From NCBI GenBank assembly GCA_049324275.1, contig JBMOLG010000004.1, positions 29,279 to 93,278 on the forward strand: a DNA stretch of 64,000 nucleotides. The letters are read 5' to 3'. The DNA is from Nanobdellota archaeon (GTDB lineage Archaea > Nanobdellota > Nanobdellia > Pacearchaeales > GW2011-AR1). Position 1 is the stretch's first letter. Each line of letters opens with the position of its first letter. The position numbers and the translations under genes were made by a program. Positions 28,923 through 39,299 of this stretch are shown here, in pieces. The notes below the pieces were generated by a model. That model saw only the letters and a program-made list of their open reading frames with translations, had not been told where the DNA came from and made no database searches.

Positions 28923-29892
28923 CATATTCGAGAATTATTTCTTCTAAATATTTAAGAGAGATCCTATCTGCAACAAAAGAATTATAAAATTTTATGTTGC
29001 TTTTTTTGAAGCCAGGATAGTTTTCAGGATTTTTCACAACTATAAATAATTCTTCATTTTCAATAAGATGACTTAATTCAAGCTCATTCAATAAATCTTC
29101 ATGAAGCTTTTCGCCGACTAATAATCCTTTTGTTTCTATTTTTATTTTTTTATTAAACATAGGAGCTATTTTATTTTCCATTAATTGAGCCAAATCTCCT
29201 AATTTAAAAGAGTTCATTTTAAGTATAAAAATTTCTCCGCCTTGCATAATATCCGCCGCCTTTAAAACTAATTTTACCGCATCCGGAATTTTCATAAGAA
29301 ATCGCGTAACTTCCTTGTCAGTTATCCAAATATCTTTTGAATTTTTTATTCTATCAACCATAATCGGGATAACAGAACCACGCGAATTAGCTACATTTCC
29401 AAATCTAACGCATGAAAATTTTTGCTCTTGATTAATATTGCCATTTAAGGTTATTCTTTCTGCAATAAATTTTGTGGCACCCATAACACAGCTGGGGGAA
29501 GCTGCTTTATCTGTGCTGATTGTTATTGTCTTTTTAACTTTATATTTAACGCACAGGCGTATTAAATTAGATGTTCCAAGAATATTAGTCTTTGCGCATT
29601 CAATTGGCTCATCTTCAGCAATAATTAAATGCTTCATTGCCGCAGCATGAAAAACAATGTCAATTTTGTTATTCTCAAAAATGGATTCCAAAGTATCGTA
29701 ATCTCTTATATCGCCCATAAAAATTTCAATGCGGTTATCGTCAAGCTTTTGTTTTAAAGAAAATTGCTTGATTTCATCTCTGCTGAAAATAATAACTTTG
29801 CTGATCTTAAAATTTAAAAGTTGTTTGACTATTTCGCTTCCTATTGACCCCGTCCCTCCAGTTACGAGAATGGTTTTATTATCCAATTCCAT
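28912..29892 (-). CDS. UDP-N-acetylglucosamine 4,6-dehydratase (PseB/FlaA1/CapD-like)
   Basis: ILVTGGTGSIGSEIV, FSRDEIKQ, HAAAMKH and ISTDKAASPSCVMGATKFIAE are hallmark blocks of this subfamily. Confidence 0.8.
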   Translation of the reverse strand: MELDNKTILVTGGTGSIGSEIVKQLLNFKISKVIIFSRDEIKQFSLKQKLDDNRIEIFMGDIRDYDTLESIFENNKIDIVFHAAAMKHLIIAEDEPIECAKTNILGTSNLIRLCVKYKVKKTITISTDKAASPSCVMGATKFIAERITLNGNINQEQKFSCVRFGNVANSRGSVIPIMVDRIKNSKDIWITDKEVTRFLMKIPDAVKLVLKAADIMQGGEIFILKMNSFKLGDLAQLMENKIAPMFNKKIKIETKGLLVGEKLHEDLLNELELSHLIENEELFIVVKNPENYPGFKKSNIKFYNSFVADRISLKYLEEIILEYVNA

Positions 29893-29975
29893 TTTTTGAT
29901 CAAGGCGGGCTAATTTAAAAGTATTTTTGTTTTAGATTAGCAATAATTTTTAAATATAAACATGATATAAATTAA

Positions 29976-30743
29976 ATGATTTATATCACAGGCGATGTTC
30001 ATGCATTCTTAAATAATTGGGAGCAGAAAAAAATTGGGTCTGAGGTAAGAGCTTCATTAAAATACCTACAAATATTACATAGATACAAATTGAATGCAAC
30101 GCTTTTTGTTAATGGAATTTGTTTAATGAAGGAAAAGGAAAATGTTGATAAACTTCTCAAATTTGATGTTGAATTAGGGGGGCATACTTATAATAATTTT
30201 GGGAGTATGAATATTTTCAAAAGTTATGTCAACAGAAAATATTTTGGATGCATATATGGCTCTGATAACTTTCAAAAAAAGGATATTAAGAAAACAAAAG
30301 AAGCTTTCGAAAATGTCGGATTAGAAATGAAATCATGGAGAACCCATGCTTATGGTTCAAATGACGCCACGTTTAAATTTTTAAATCAAAATGGAGTTAC
30401 TCATGTCTCGGATCTTCTTGGAGACACGAGACCTTTTCGAGAGAATGGCGTAATTCATGTTCCAATAAATATTCCTCCTGACCAAAATACAATTGCTTAT
30501 GGCCTATTAAATCCAGAAAATAGAGATCCATTTGCATCCTGCACCAAAGGAAGAATTAAGCCTGAAGAATGGTTCGAGATATTAAAAAAAAGAATTGAAA
30601 AAAATGAAAAAGATAATATTGTAAGTATATTATTGCTACATCCTGCAACAATGGCATATATCAACAATTTTAAGCTTTTTGAAAAAATAGCAAAATTTTT
30701 ATCAAAGTATAAATCTGGAAAGATCTCTGAAATTAAAGCTTAA
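29976..30743 (+). CDS. Polysaccharide-deacetylase-like protein
   Basis: ATLFVNGICL and ELGGHTYNNFG resemble CE4 motifs. Weaker match than 3962..4726. Confidence 0.4.
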   Translation: MIYITGDVHAFLNNWEQKKIGSEVRASLKYLQILHRYKLNATLFVNGICLMKEKENVDKLLKFDVELGGHTYNNFGSMNIFKSYVNRKYFGCIYGSDNFQKKDIKKTKEAFENVGLEMKSWRTHAYGSNDATFKFLNQNGVTHVSDLLGDTRPFRENGVIHVPINIPPDQNTIAYGLLNPENRDPFASCTKGRIKPEEWFEILKKRIEKNEKDNIVSILLLHPATMAYINNFKLFEKIAKFLSKYKSGKISEIKA

Positions 30744-32242
30744 TTTTTTTGAAAAAAATACTTTATCAATAAACAATCCTCTTTTTTTATTCCTTTTATA
30801 GCAAACATCACAGTAAAATAAACTAACGCTCCAAAAATAACTTCAGATATTCCCAACAATAGATTCATGTCTTTAAAATGTAAATTGATTGCATAAAGAA
30901 TCATGGACATAATAATCGCACCAAAAATCGGCTTGATAATATGAATTTTATTTAGTTTGATATCAAATTTTCTTTTTGAATAAATGTAAAGGCCAATCAT
31001 ATAAACAGACCTTGAAGTAATAGTGGCGATTGCTGCCCCGGTGATAGCCCAGATTTCAGAAAATCCTAATAAATATTTTATAAGAATTGCATTTAAGATT
31101 ACATTTGAAAGCGAAGCAATAATCAAAAGGTTCAGCAAATACCGCGATTTTTCTTTGGCAGCCAACAATGCCCTAAATGAATTTGAAATTGGAACTTCAA
31201 AAATCAGGAATGAAAGAACATAAAGAGGAAGCAAGGCAGGAAGATATTCATAACCATAAACAGTCTGCACAATATAACCCCCAAGTATTATTAAACCTGC
31301 CAATAAAGGAATTGATATCAGAAGTGTATATTGCAGGACTTTTTCAAATGCCTGCGGAAGTTTTTCTTTTTTTAATTTAACAAACATAGGAATTAAAATC
31401 GGGGCAATTGAAAGTAGGACTCCTAACCCTTCGGCAATAGTCATCGCAGCAGCGTAAAACCCCGCAAATTTTTTTTCACTTATATAAAATCCAATCATGA
31501 TAATATCAACATACCCAAATATTACAGAAAATGCACTTGCAAAAATAAAGTAGAACAAAAACTTGTTAATTCTTTCTTTATCTGCACCAATTTTTTGTTT
31601 TTCAAACAAGAAAGGAGCAATTTTGAACGAATAGTATAGCAAAAATAATAATGCAAAAAGCATTGAAATCGAAAGCACAACAAAAACTCCGGAAGTATAA
31701 TACTGTCTCATAAAATAAGTAAAAACTAACAAAACCCCTATTATTCGAATAAATTCCCACATAAGCTGCTTAACTGTCAATAGTTTTACTTTTCCAAAGA
31801 CATAAAAAATCGATTCGTAAAAAGATTCAAGAGAATAAACCAACAAATAAAAACTGCTAAATATTAATGGGAAAAGCAAAGCCTTATCTTTGTATACAAA
31901 AAAAGCCAATGGATAAGATACTAATAATAATCCAATGCTTAAAACAAGCGAAAGTATCAATTTGAGTTTTAATAAATATTTATATCTGGCAATTGCCAAG
32001 GATTTTTTTGAATTTTTTAGGGCTTCTGAAACATATAATGCCAATGCTTGATTTATTCCAAGATCTGCAAACATTAACAGCATTAGAGTAATAGACAATA
32101 CAAGATTAAAGACGCCAAAATCTTCAGGCAATAAAAATCTTGCAATTAAAATTGTAAAAATCAATGCACCAATTTTACTGAAAAATTTCATTAAGAAGTC
32201 CCATAAAGAATTTTTTACTGCATGCGATTTAATTGATTCCAT
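30740..32242 (-). CDS. MOP-superfamily polysaccharide flippase (Wzx-like)
   Basis: 500 aa with about 12-14 TM helices. N-terminal KNSLW..F..K....LIFTILIARFL is typical of Wzx/PST proteins. Confidence 0.65.
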   Translation of the reverse strand: MESIKSHAVKNSLWDFLMKFFSKIGALIFTILIARFLLPEDFGVFNLVLSITLMLLMFADLGINQALALYVSEALKNSKKSLAIARYKYLLKLKLILSLVLSIGLLLVSYPLAFFVYKDKALLFPLIFSSFYLLVYSLESFYESIFYVFGKVKLLTVKQLMWEFIRIIGVLLVFTYFMRQYYTSGVFVVLSISMLFALLFLLYYSFKIAPFLFEKQKIGADKERINKFLFYFIFASAFSVIFGYVDIIMIGFYISEKKFAGFYAAAMTIAEGLGVLLSIAPILIPMFVKLKKEKLPQAFEKVLQYTLLISIPLLAGLIILGGYIVQTVYGYEYLPALLPLYVLSFLIFEVPISNSFRALLAAKEKSRYLLNLLIIASLSNVILNAILIKYLLGFSEIWAITGAAIATITSRSVYMIGLYIYSKRKFDIKLNKIHIIKPIFGAIIMSMILYAINLHFKDMNLLLGISEVIFGALVYFTVMFAIKGIKKEDCLLIKYFFQKN

Positions 32243-32296
32243 TTAAGATATACAATAAATATAAACATATAAAAACTTTATCTGAGGTTTCATTGA

Positions 32297-32689
32297 ATGA
32301 AAAAGACCTTAAAACAATTTTTAGGCTATGTGGTCATTGCAGGTTTGGCGACCTTATTGGATATTTTTATTCTATTTTTCTTAACAGAAAAAATAGGTTT
32401 ATGGTATTTTTATTCTTCAATAATTTCTTTTGTTTCAGCATCCATCCCTAACTTTATGTTAAATAAATATTTTAATTTTAAAAATAAGGATAAAAGATTA
32501 GTTCAACAATATGGAGTATGGTTTTGCATCTCCATTGTAGGCTTGATATTAACGCAAATGTTTATGTTTATTTTTGTTGAATATTTTAAGATTTATTTTT
32601 TATTGGCAAAGTGTTTAACAATTATGATGGTAATTTTTTGGGATTTTTTTGGAAACAAAAGTTTAACATTTAATTCTAATTTCTTTTAG
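32297..32689 (+). CDS. GtrA-family membrane protein
   Basis: 130 aa with 4 TM helices. KQFLGYVVIAGLATLLD...NFMLNKYFNFKN fits the GtrA signature. Confidence 0.7.
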   Translation: MKKTLKQFLGYVVIAGLATLLDIFILFFLTEKIGLWYFYSSIISFVSASIPNFMLNKYFNFKNKDKRLVQQYGVWFCISIVGLILTQMFMFIFVEYFKIYFLLAKCLTIMMVIFWDFFGNKSLTFNSNFF

Positions 32690-34139
32690 AAAGATAAAGA
32701 ATACTGTATTTTCGGACTACATTAAAATTAGTAAGATTTGCAGGCTCATTTATTCCTATTGCAAAATCAACATCAGAATAATTAGTTGAATCATTCACAT
32801 TTGCAGTCATTCCTCCTGCAAACCATATTTGGCGCCTTTCATTAATATTGGGGATTGGCATAAATTTTTTTTCATAAAAAGATGTTTTATTAGCTAAAAA
32901 TAAATTATAATCCTGGATGCTGACAAACTCCTTCACATCCTTGCCCCAATAAAGATGAGCTAAAAGCTGGAAGTCATCCGGATTATTGCCCACGATAAAA
33001 GTTTCATTTTTATAAACAGAAGTTATATTTTCCAAATCTTCGGAGATCATCTTCCCCATAGGCTTTTCTCTTAAATGAATCCCATTGTTAAGCATCCAAT
33101 TGAATTCCGTCCCATAAATTAAATTTCCTTCCATAGGGAAATTAATTTGAATTATATATGGTACTAAAAATAAGAGCAAGATTATGGCAGAAAATATAAG
33201 TTGTTTTTTGAATTGATTTCTATCCAGATTTTCTGAAATAATGAGAGTCATAATTGGGACCAATAAAAGCATATACCTAATTTGAGGATTGGATAAAATA
33301 AGCAGAAGCGATAATGAAACAAAAACTATATCCTTTTTATAATTTTGAAAAAGCGAAGGCTTGTACATTATCCAATAATAAAACGGAATTGACAAAAATA
33401 TGCATAAAAGATTTAGAAAACTTTTTTCAGAATGGCCTGAAGCCCTGTTATAAATTCCTCCGGATATATTTGCAATAGTTCCAAATGTACTTTTTAAAAT
33501 AGTAAAAAATGGAAAGTTGAATAAAATTTGGTCAAGTAAAAGCCTGGGCAAAAGCCCAATAAAAACAAAAAAGGAAAATAAAACAAAATGATAAAATTTT
33601 TTATCGTATAAATAAACGACAGCCAAAATAAATCCAAAAAATAATATTGTATCCCAAACAGCCCAGCCCAGCCCTGCAAAAATTGCCGAATATACTAAAT
33701 ACTTCCAATGCTCCTCATTATCGAATTTTTTAATGAAATAATATGCCCATAGCATAAAAAGGGAAGCTAACTGAATTGGGTTTATCCATGGGGCCATATA
33801 CCATAAAACTGGTGAGAGTAAAATCAATAAGAAAGATTTTTTGTCATTTCCAGTTATAACGTATACCGAATAAATTATTAGAAACAAAAATATTAAACTG
33901 GTGATTTTAAAAATCAAAAAATTATCAAAAAATTTGAGAAAAGGAGAATGAATATAACCGTATAGATAAGAGTGAGAAGATCTTATGTCAGCAGAATATT
34001 TGCCTGAAAAATATTTTGCAGTATCTGAATAGTCTCCTATGTCAGTAGAGCCGTAATATTTAGTAAGAAATGTTATGAAGATTAAAGTTAAAATTAAAAA
34101 TAACACGATTTTTTTATAAGTGTATTCGTTCATTTTCAA
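32676..34139 (-). CDS. Polytopic membrane protein, probable GT-C glycosyltransferase
   Basis: 487 aa. About 11 TM helices followed by a soluble C-terminal domain. Sits next to GtrA-like and GtrB-like genes. Confidence 0.4.
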   Translation of the reverse strand: MKMNEYTYKKIVLFLILTLIFITFLTKYYGSTDIGDYSDTAKYFSGKYSADIRSSHSYLYGYIHSPFLKFFDNFLIFKITSLIFLFLIIYSVYVITGNDKKSFLLILLSPVLWYMAPWINPIQLASLFMLWAYYFIKKFDNEEHWKYLVYSAIFAGLGWAVWDTILFFGFILAVVYLYDKKFYHFVLFSFFVFIGLLPRLLLDQILFNFPFFTILKSTFGTIANISGGIYNRASGHSEKSFLNLLCIFLSIPFYYWIMYKPSLFQNYKKDIVFVSLSLLLILSNPQIRYMLLLVPIMTLIISENLDRNQFKKQLIFSAIILLLFLVPYIIQINFPMEGNLIYGTEFNWMLNNGIHLREKPMGKMISEDLENITSVYKNETFIVGNNPDDFQLLAHLYWGKDVKEFVSIQDYNLFLANKTSFYEKKFMPIPNINERRQIWFAGGMTANVNDSTNYSDVDFAIGINEPANLTNFNVVRKYSILYLSKRN

Positions 34140-35988
34140 TATATTGCTTGTACCAAAGCTGGAATGATATTAAACTCCATAATTGCCTTGAATAATACAA
34201 TTTCGAAGCTTTAAAATTTTTATTTATTTTTTCTATATAATTAAAATTAAATATTTTTTGTTGATTTATAAAATTGGGAGAAAGCAAATCTTGTCTAATT
34301 CCAGAAAGTTCATTGTTAAGCCAATTTTCTATTGGCACAAAAAAGTGCCTTTTTTTCCTCTCACTTGTTTCTTTTGGAATCAAATTTTTAAAAGATTCTC
34401 TTAATAAAATTTTATTTTGAAGCAAATCTAACTTTAAATTTTGAGGAAGTTTAAATGCAAATTCCGCAAGTCTATAATCTAAAAAAGGCACTCTGCCTTC
34501 TACTCCAAAAGCCATTGTATTCTTATCAACTTTCATTAGTAAATCATCAACCATTGGTTCTTTAAAATCAATTTTCTGGCATGAATAAACTATATCTTGA
34601 TTAAAGTTTTTTTCATAATTTTCATAAAGATTAATTTTGTGCGATAATAATTCAGATTGCTCTTCTTCATTGAAAATTGAAATCTGGTTAAAATAACTTT
34701 CTGCATTATTTGGAGAATTAACATAATTTGAGAATCTTTCAATTCCCTTTTCACCTAATGCTGAAGCGAATTTGAAATTTTTATCTAATATTGAGTAGGG
34801 TATTTTTTTCAAAAATTGCGGAATTAATTTTTTAAAATTTGCAGGCGTAGATTTTAGGAATAATTTTTTAATTAACATAAATTTATATTGTGGATATCCT
34901 GCAAATAACTCATCTGCACCTTCTCCGGTCAAAATGACTGTGCAATATTTTTTTGCAAATTTTGATAAAAGATATGTGGGGATTGAGGTGGGGTCTGACA
35001 TTGGCTCATCCAAATGATATATTATTTTGGGAAGATGCTTAATCGAATCCCCATTTATAATAAGTTCATGATGATTAGTTCCAATTTTTTCTGCCAGGTA
35101 TTTGGCCTCATTAAGTTCTGTATATTCCTGTTCTTCAAAACCAACTGAAAAAGTTTTTATCGGATGCGAATATTTTGACATTAAAGCAACAATAGTCCCA
35201 GAGTCTATGCCTCCAGAAAGAAATGCCCCGTATGGCACATCAGACATTAATCTCGATTTAACAGCATCATCCAATAATTGGCGAAATTCTTTTATTGCAG
35301 TACTTTTTTTGATAGTTTCAAGATTTTCTGGCAAATCCCAATATTTTTTTATTTCAATAGTTTTAACATCTAATTTGTAAATCAAATAATGTCCAGGCAT
35401 CAATTTCTTTATTCCCTGAAAAAAGGTGTTTTCAGTAGTATTGGCCCTAAATGTCAAGAAGGAACTAATAGCATCTTGATTTACAATCTTAGTTATTTCA
35501 GGATATTTTAATATCCCTTTTATTTCTGAAGAAAAAATGAATTTCTTTTTATTATAAAAATAATATAAGGGTTTTATTCCTACCCTATCCCTTGCTAAAA
35601 ATAAAATTTGTTTTGCAGCATCATAAATACAAAATGCAAACATTCCCTGAAGCTTAGAAAGCATCTCGGTGCCATACTCTTTATATAAATAGATTAAAAC
35701 TTCTGTGTCCGTATTTGACTTAAAATTATACTTTTTTTCTAATAATGCTTTTAATTCTATGTAATTATAAATCTCTCCATTAAACGTGATCCATATTTTT
35801 TCATCCTTATCAGACATAGGTTGTTTGCCTGATTTTGACAAGTCAATTATGGAGAGCCTATTATGGCCTAGAGAAACATTCTTGTCGGAATATATCCCAG
35901 AATCATCTGGCCCTCTATGTTTTATTTCATTTAAAGAATCTCTTAAAAATTTTTTATCTTCAAAATTAAATCCTATTATCCCGCACAT
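34114..35988 (-). CDS. Asparagine synthase (glutamine-hydrolysing) family amidotransferase
   Basis: N-terminal nucleophile MCGIIGF, and PP-loop FLSGGIDSG. Confidence 0.85.
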   Translation of the reverse strand: MCGIIGFNFEDKKFLRDSLNEIKHRGPDDSGIYSDKNVSLGHNRLSIIDLSKSGKQPMSDKDEKIWITFNGEIYNYIELKALLEKKYNFKSNTDTEVLIYLYKEYGTEMLSKLQGMFAFCIYDAAKQILFLARDRVGIKPLYYFYNKKKFIFSSEIKGILKYPEITKIVNQDAISSFLTFRANTTENTFFQGIKKLMPGHYLIYKLDVKTIEIKKYWDLPENLETIKKSTAIKEFRQLLDDAVKSRLMSDVPYGAFLSGGIDSGTIVALMSKYSHPIKTFSVGFEEQEYTELNEAKYLAEKIGTNHHELIINGDSIKHLPKIIYHLDEPMSDPTSIPTYLLSKFAKKYCTVILTGEGADELFAGYPQYKFMLIKKLFLKSTPANFKKLIPQFLKKIPYSILDKNFKFASALGEKGIERFSNYVNSPNNAESYFNQISIFNEEEQSELLSHKINLYENYEKNFNQDIVYSCQKIDFKEPMVDDLLMKVDKNTMAFGVEGRVPFLDYRLAEFAFKLPQNLKLDLLQNKILLRESFKNLIPKETSERKKRHFFVPIENWLNNELSGIRQDLLSPNFINQQKIFNFNYIEKINKNFKASKLYYSRQLWSLISFQLWYKQYIENERIHL

Positions 35989-35989
35989 T

Positions 35990-36955
35990 TTAAGACAATT
36001 CTTTTACACTATAAATACTTTGATCCTTGAAATAAATGCGCGCAAGTACCTCGGATAAAAATCCAAATATTAAAGTCAAAAGCCCACTTAAAACCAGTAG
36101 TACTGAAAACATCAAGAATGGGCCTAACTGCAAACTAGACTTATATTTAACAATTTGCCATGTTGCAATTAAAATTGCAAAAATCCATTGAATTAATGCA
36201 AGGGCTCCAAAAAAATGAAGCGGGCGAGAAGAATAAATTGACCAAAATTTTAAAAAAAGTAAATCAAAAAATCCCTTAATTCCCCGATTAATGTTACCGT
36301 ATTTTGTCTTTCCATGTTTTCTCTCACGATGATTTACTTTTATTTCCCCTATTTTATATCCTTTTATATACAAATATGCAGTTATATATCTGTGAAGCTC
36401 CCCAAAAAGCTCTAAGTCTTTTAAGCATTCTTTTTTGTAGATTTTTAATGCACAACCATAGTCATGTAATTCATCTCCGATAAGTTTTTTTCTTAAAAAA
36501 TTTATGGATTTAGAAGATATATTTTTTGAAATTTTATCTTTTCTATCAAATCTCCATCCAGAAACAACATCATAACCTTCTTTTAATTTTTCTATTAACT
36601 TAGAAATATCATTAGGATCATTCTGCAGATCTCCGTCCAGAGTGACTATTAAATCACCTCTTGCATTGTCAAACCCTGCCTTTAAAGCGGGAGTTTGGCC
36701 GAAATTTTTTCTTAACTCAAGTATTTTCAGATTTTTATCTTGAATTTTCAATTTGCTTAAGATTTCTTGGGTATTATCTGTTGAGCCGTCATTGACAAAA
36801 ATAATTTCATATCCGGAAATTTTTTTTGTTTGAATCAGATCAAGATTTGCATTTTTTAGCTCAGAATACAGCTGATGGATATTTCCTTCTTCATTATATA
36901 CGGGTATAACTTCGCTCAAAAAAGGCAATATCATTAGATTTTGAATATAAAACAA
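35990..36955 (-). CDS. GT2 polyprenyl-phosphate glycosyltransferase (GtrB/ArnC/DPM1-like)
   Basis: IPVYNEEGNI, IIFVNDGSTDNT and LDGDLQNDPNDI, plus two C-terminal TM helices. Confidence 0.8.
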   Translation of the reverse strand: MFYIQNLMILPFLSEVIPVYNEEGNIHQLYSELKNANLDLIQTKKISGYEIIFVNDGSTDNTQEILSKLKIQDKNLKILELRKNFGQTPALKAGFDNARGDLIVTLDGDLQNDPNDISKLIEKLKEGYDVVSGWRFDRKDKISKNISSKSINFLRKKLIGDELHDYGCALKIYKKECLKDLELFGELHRYITAYLYIKGYKIGEIKVNHRERKHGKTKYGNINRGIKGFFDLLFLKFWSIYSSRPLHFFGALALIQWIFAILIATWQIVKYKSSLQLGPFLMFSVLLVLSGLLTLIFGFLSEVLARIYFKDQSIYSVKELS

Positions 36956-36965
36956 TTTTTAAACC

Positions 36966-37421
36966 TTATTTAAATTCCTGCTTCTTTGAATTCTTAATCA
37001 AAGTATAAATTGGTGAAATCTTTGAATAAAAAGGAAACTGATGATAAATCTCGTCTGGAATGTCCGCAATCATATGAATAAAAACCCCAATTAGAATAAA
37101 AAGAAAAAAATTATGCCAAAATGAAAGTGAGATAAGAATAATCCAAAATTCAATTCCGTGGAATATAAAAATTCCTAATTTGTATTTTCGTTTTTCAGAA
37201 TATGATAATTTATTCAGGGTTTTTGTTCTTGCTATTGCTTTCTCATAAAATGTAAATGGATTATAATAATTATATTTTATCATATAATAAAAATAATGAT
37301 CTATATCAATAAGAATAGATGATAAAAAGATTATCAAACCAGAGAGCAAGGAAAATCTAAAAAAATATACAAGTATGTAAGAAAAAACAAATCCAAACAA
37401 TATATGCCATTTAGGTAACAT
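36966..37421 (-). CDS. Membrane protein, DUF457/YdjM-like putative metal-dependent hydrolase
   Basis: WHILFGF...IDIDHYF...HGIEFW...HMIADIPDE: His/Asp residues lie at helix ends in a 4-5 TM protein. Confidence 0.35.
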   Translation of the reverse strand: MLPKWHILFGFVFSYILVYFFRFSLLSGLIIFLSSILIDIDHYFYYMIKYNYYNPFTFYEKAIARTKTLNKLSYSEKRKYKLGIFIFHGIEFWIILISLSFWHNFFLFILIGVFIHMIADIPDEIYHQFPFYSKISPIYTLIKNSKKQEFK

Positions 37422-37450
37422 AATTTTAATAGAAAGATTTGATTTTTAAA

Positions 37451-37738
37451 TTATATCATGCTAAATAATCCTTTTTGAAACAAGATTAAAGTTACAATGA
37501 GAGCTATTAAACCTGGAATTTTAAATGATAATGAATAAAAAATTATCAAAGAACATGCAATATCACTTATAGAAGCTATATTTTTTGAAATAGAAAAAGA
37601 AATTCCTTTAATCAAAAGGAGCAATGCAAAGAAGAACATAATATCTTTTGAAGGGAATTTATAGAAGAAAAACATCCAAAAGCAAATTGAAGTTAATATA
37701 TCTATTAAACCTAATAATCTTACCAAAAGTTTAGTCAT
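37451..37738 (-). CDS. Small membrane protein
   Basis: Three hydrophobic helices. The internal ATG (MTKLLVRLL) is preferred because it limits overlap with secD. Confidence 0.35.
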   Translation of the reverse strand: MTKLLVRLLGLIDILTSICFWMFFFYKFPSKDIMFFFALLLLIKGISFSISKNIASISDIACSLIIFYSLSFKIPGLIALIVTLILFQKGLFSMI

Positions 37739-39299
37739 TTTTAATTTGACGCGTGATGTCTGCAAATGCAGGCCTTGTTATAAATACACCAACAGAGATG
37801 CCAATTAATGTCGTAATGGCAAATCCTTTAAGCAATCCTGCTGAAACTGCTCCAATTCCTATGATAGTCAAGGCGCCTGTTAAAGGTAATAGTGAAGCTG
37901 CAGCAGTTATATAAGAAGACATAACAATTTTTAATGCATTCTTTATTCTCTGTTTTAGAGTTTCATCTGTTTTTGTGCTGGCTTCATCGAGAATAACTAC
38001 TTGATCATCGACCCCTGTCCCGATAGCAGCAACTATCCCTGCTAATGACGGCAAATCCAAATTCCATCTTATCAGTGCAGCGATCCCTAGCGTGAGTATC
38101 AATTCGGAAAATAGAATAACCAAATTAATGACAGATATCTTAAAATTTTTATATCTAATAAATATAACCAAAGCAACTGCAATAAAAGCTGCAACGCCGG
38201 CTAATAGAATATGCCTTGTGAAATCATCTCCAAGCCTTGGCGAAATTCTATCTATTTTAATAATTTTTAATTTAAAGGGCAGACTTCCGGTAATTAAAAT
38301 TGTCTGAAGTTTTTTCATTTCTAATTTGGCAGAATCTATCGCTTCTTTTCGGTCTTTTCCGAGTCCAGAACCTTGCAAAGAATGCTTTGGTTCATAGCTT
38401 CCTTTTAAGTCTTTACTGATTAATAAGGACTCCAACAAAACACCATCAACATAAAAGTCAATTGTTTTTTCCAAATATTCAGGGTTTGATTTGTTGATTG
38501 GAATGTTTTTAGTTACATTAGCATAACGCTCAATTGCAGTAGGACTCAAAGTAATTGTAAACATGAATTTGCAAGCTTCGCCACTACTTATTGTATAACA
38601 CTCATAAACTCCTGCATCTTTTCCAGTTTTGCCAACATATGTAATGTCTTCGCTCTCTCCTGTGAAAACAGTTTCATTTCCGATTTTTGCTTCAAATTTT
38701 CCTTGTTTTGTAACAAGCTCTTCTAAGTCAGATGGGGAAGAGCCTGCAATTTCTACAAGCATATATTTATTCCCGGATATATCTGAAACTTTTGTTACTT
38801 TGACGTCAGAAAGTCCATAAACATTAAGCCTTTGTTGTGAGATAGCTATAAGATCATCAAGCTGTGATTCTGTCAATGGCTGGTCTGAACCAATTAATGC
38901 CCTCGCTCCACCTTGAATATCCAAACCTGTTGCAAGCCGCGTTTTTGGAATAGAACCGACAATAACTTGATTCGCTGTTTCAGGAGGAAACATATTGGTG
39001 ATAACAATATTTTTTGAACCAAAACCTGCACCTGTTTTAACCTTGATGTCTAATTTAACAGAGTTATTTGTAAAAATTGATAAAGCATTTGCGTAATCCC
39101 CAAGATTTGCGATTTGTTGATTATTTATTTCTTTTATTATCATGCCTTTTCTTAATCCACTGTCAAAGGCAATAGAATTTCTTTCTACAGATTTAATCAT
39201 GACCCCTTTTTCTAAAAACATTGGGGGGAATGAGAATATTGAAATTAAAGCTAATATTACAAAGATGATATATATCCAAATTTTAAATGTAAATTTCAT
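37731..39299 (-). CDS. secD: Protein-export membrane protein SecD
   Basis: LATGLDIQGGARALI and the C-terminal 6-TM block with AAIGTGVDDQVVILDE. Carries an extra PDZ-like stretch near the N-terminus. Confidence 0.8.
   Translation of the reverse strand: MKFTFKIWIYIIFVILALISIFSFPPMFLEKGVMIKSVERNSIAFDSGLRKGMIIKEINNQQIANLGDYANALSIFTNNSVKLDIKVKTGAGFGSKNIVITNMFPPETANQVIVGSIPKTRLATGLDIQGGARALIGSDQPLTESQLDDLIAISQQRLNVYGLSDVKVTKVSDISGNKYMLVEIAGSSPSDLEELVTKQGKFEAKIGNETVFTGESEDITYVGKTGKDAGVYECYTISSGEACKFMFTITLSPTAIERYANVTKNIPINKSNPEYLEKTIDFYVDGVLLESLLISKDLKGSYEPKHSLQGSGLGKDRKEAIDSAKLEMKKLQTILITGSLPFKLKIIKIDRISPRLGDDFTRHILLAGVAAFIAVALVIFIRYKNFKISVINLVILFSELILTLGIAALIRWNLDLPSLAGIVAAIGTGVDDQVVILDEASTKTDETLKQRIKNALKIVMSSYITAAASLLPLTGALTIIGIGAVSAGLLKGFAITTLIGISVGVFITRPAFADITRQIKND

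Noticed and set aside
782-35380. Many 60-120-aa ORFs in the track lie antisense to, or inside, longer genes. Examples: 782-985, 1059-1265, 1688-1918, 2461-2910, 7548-7920, 8375-8626, 10829-11023, 12404-12725, 13655-14082, 15970-16266, 16945-17310, 19092-19370, 28604-28897, 31023-31380 and 35102-35380.
   Set aside because: They overlap ORFs that have clear family motifs. They have low-complexity, Phe/Leu/Ile/Ser-rich translations, which is typical of the antisense strand of AT-rich genes. No independent motif or start context supports them.
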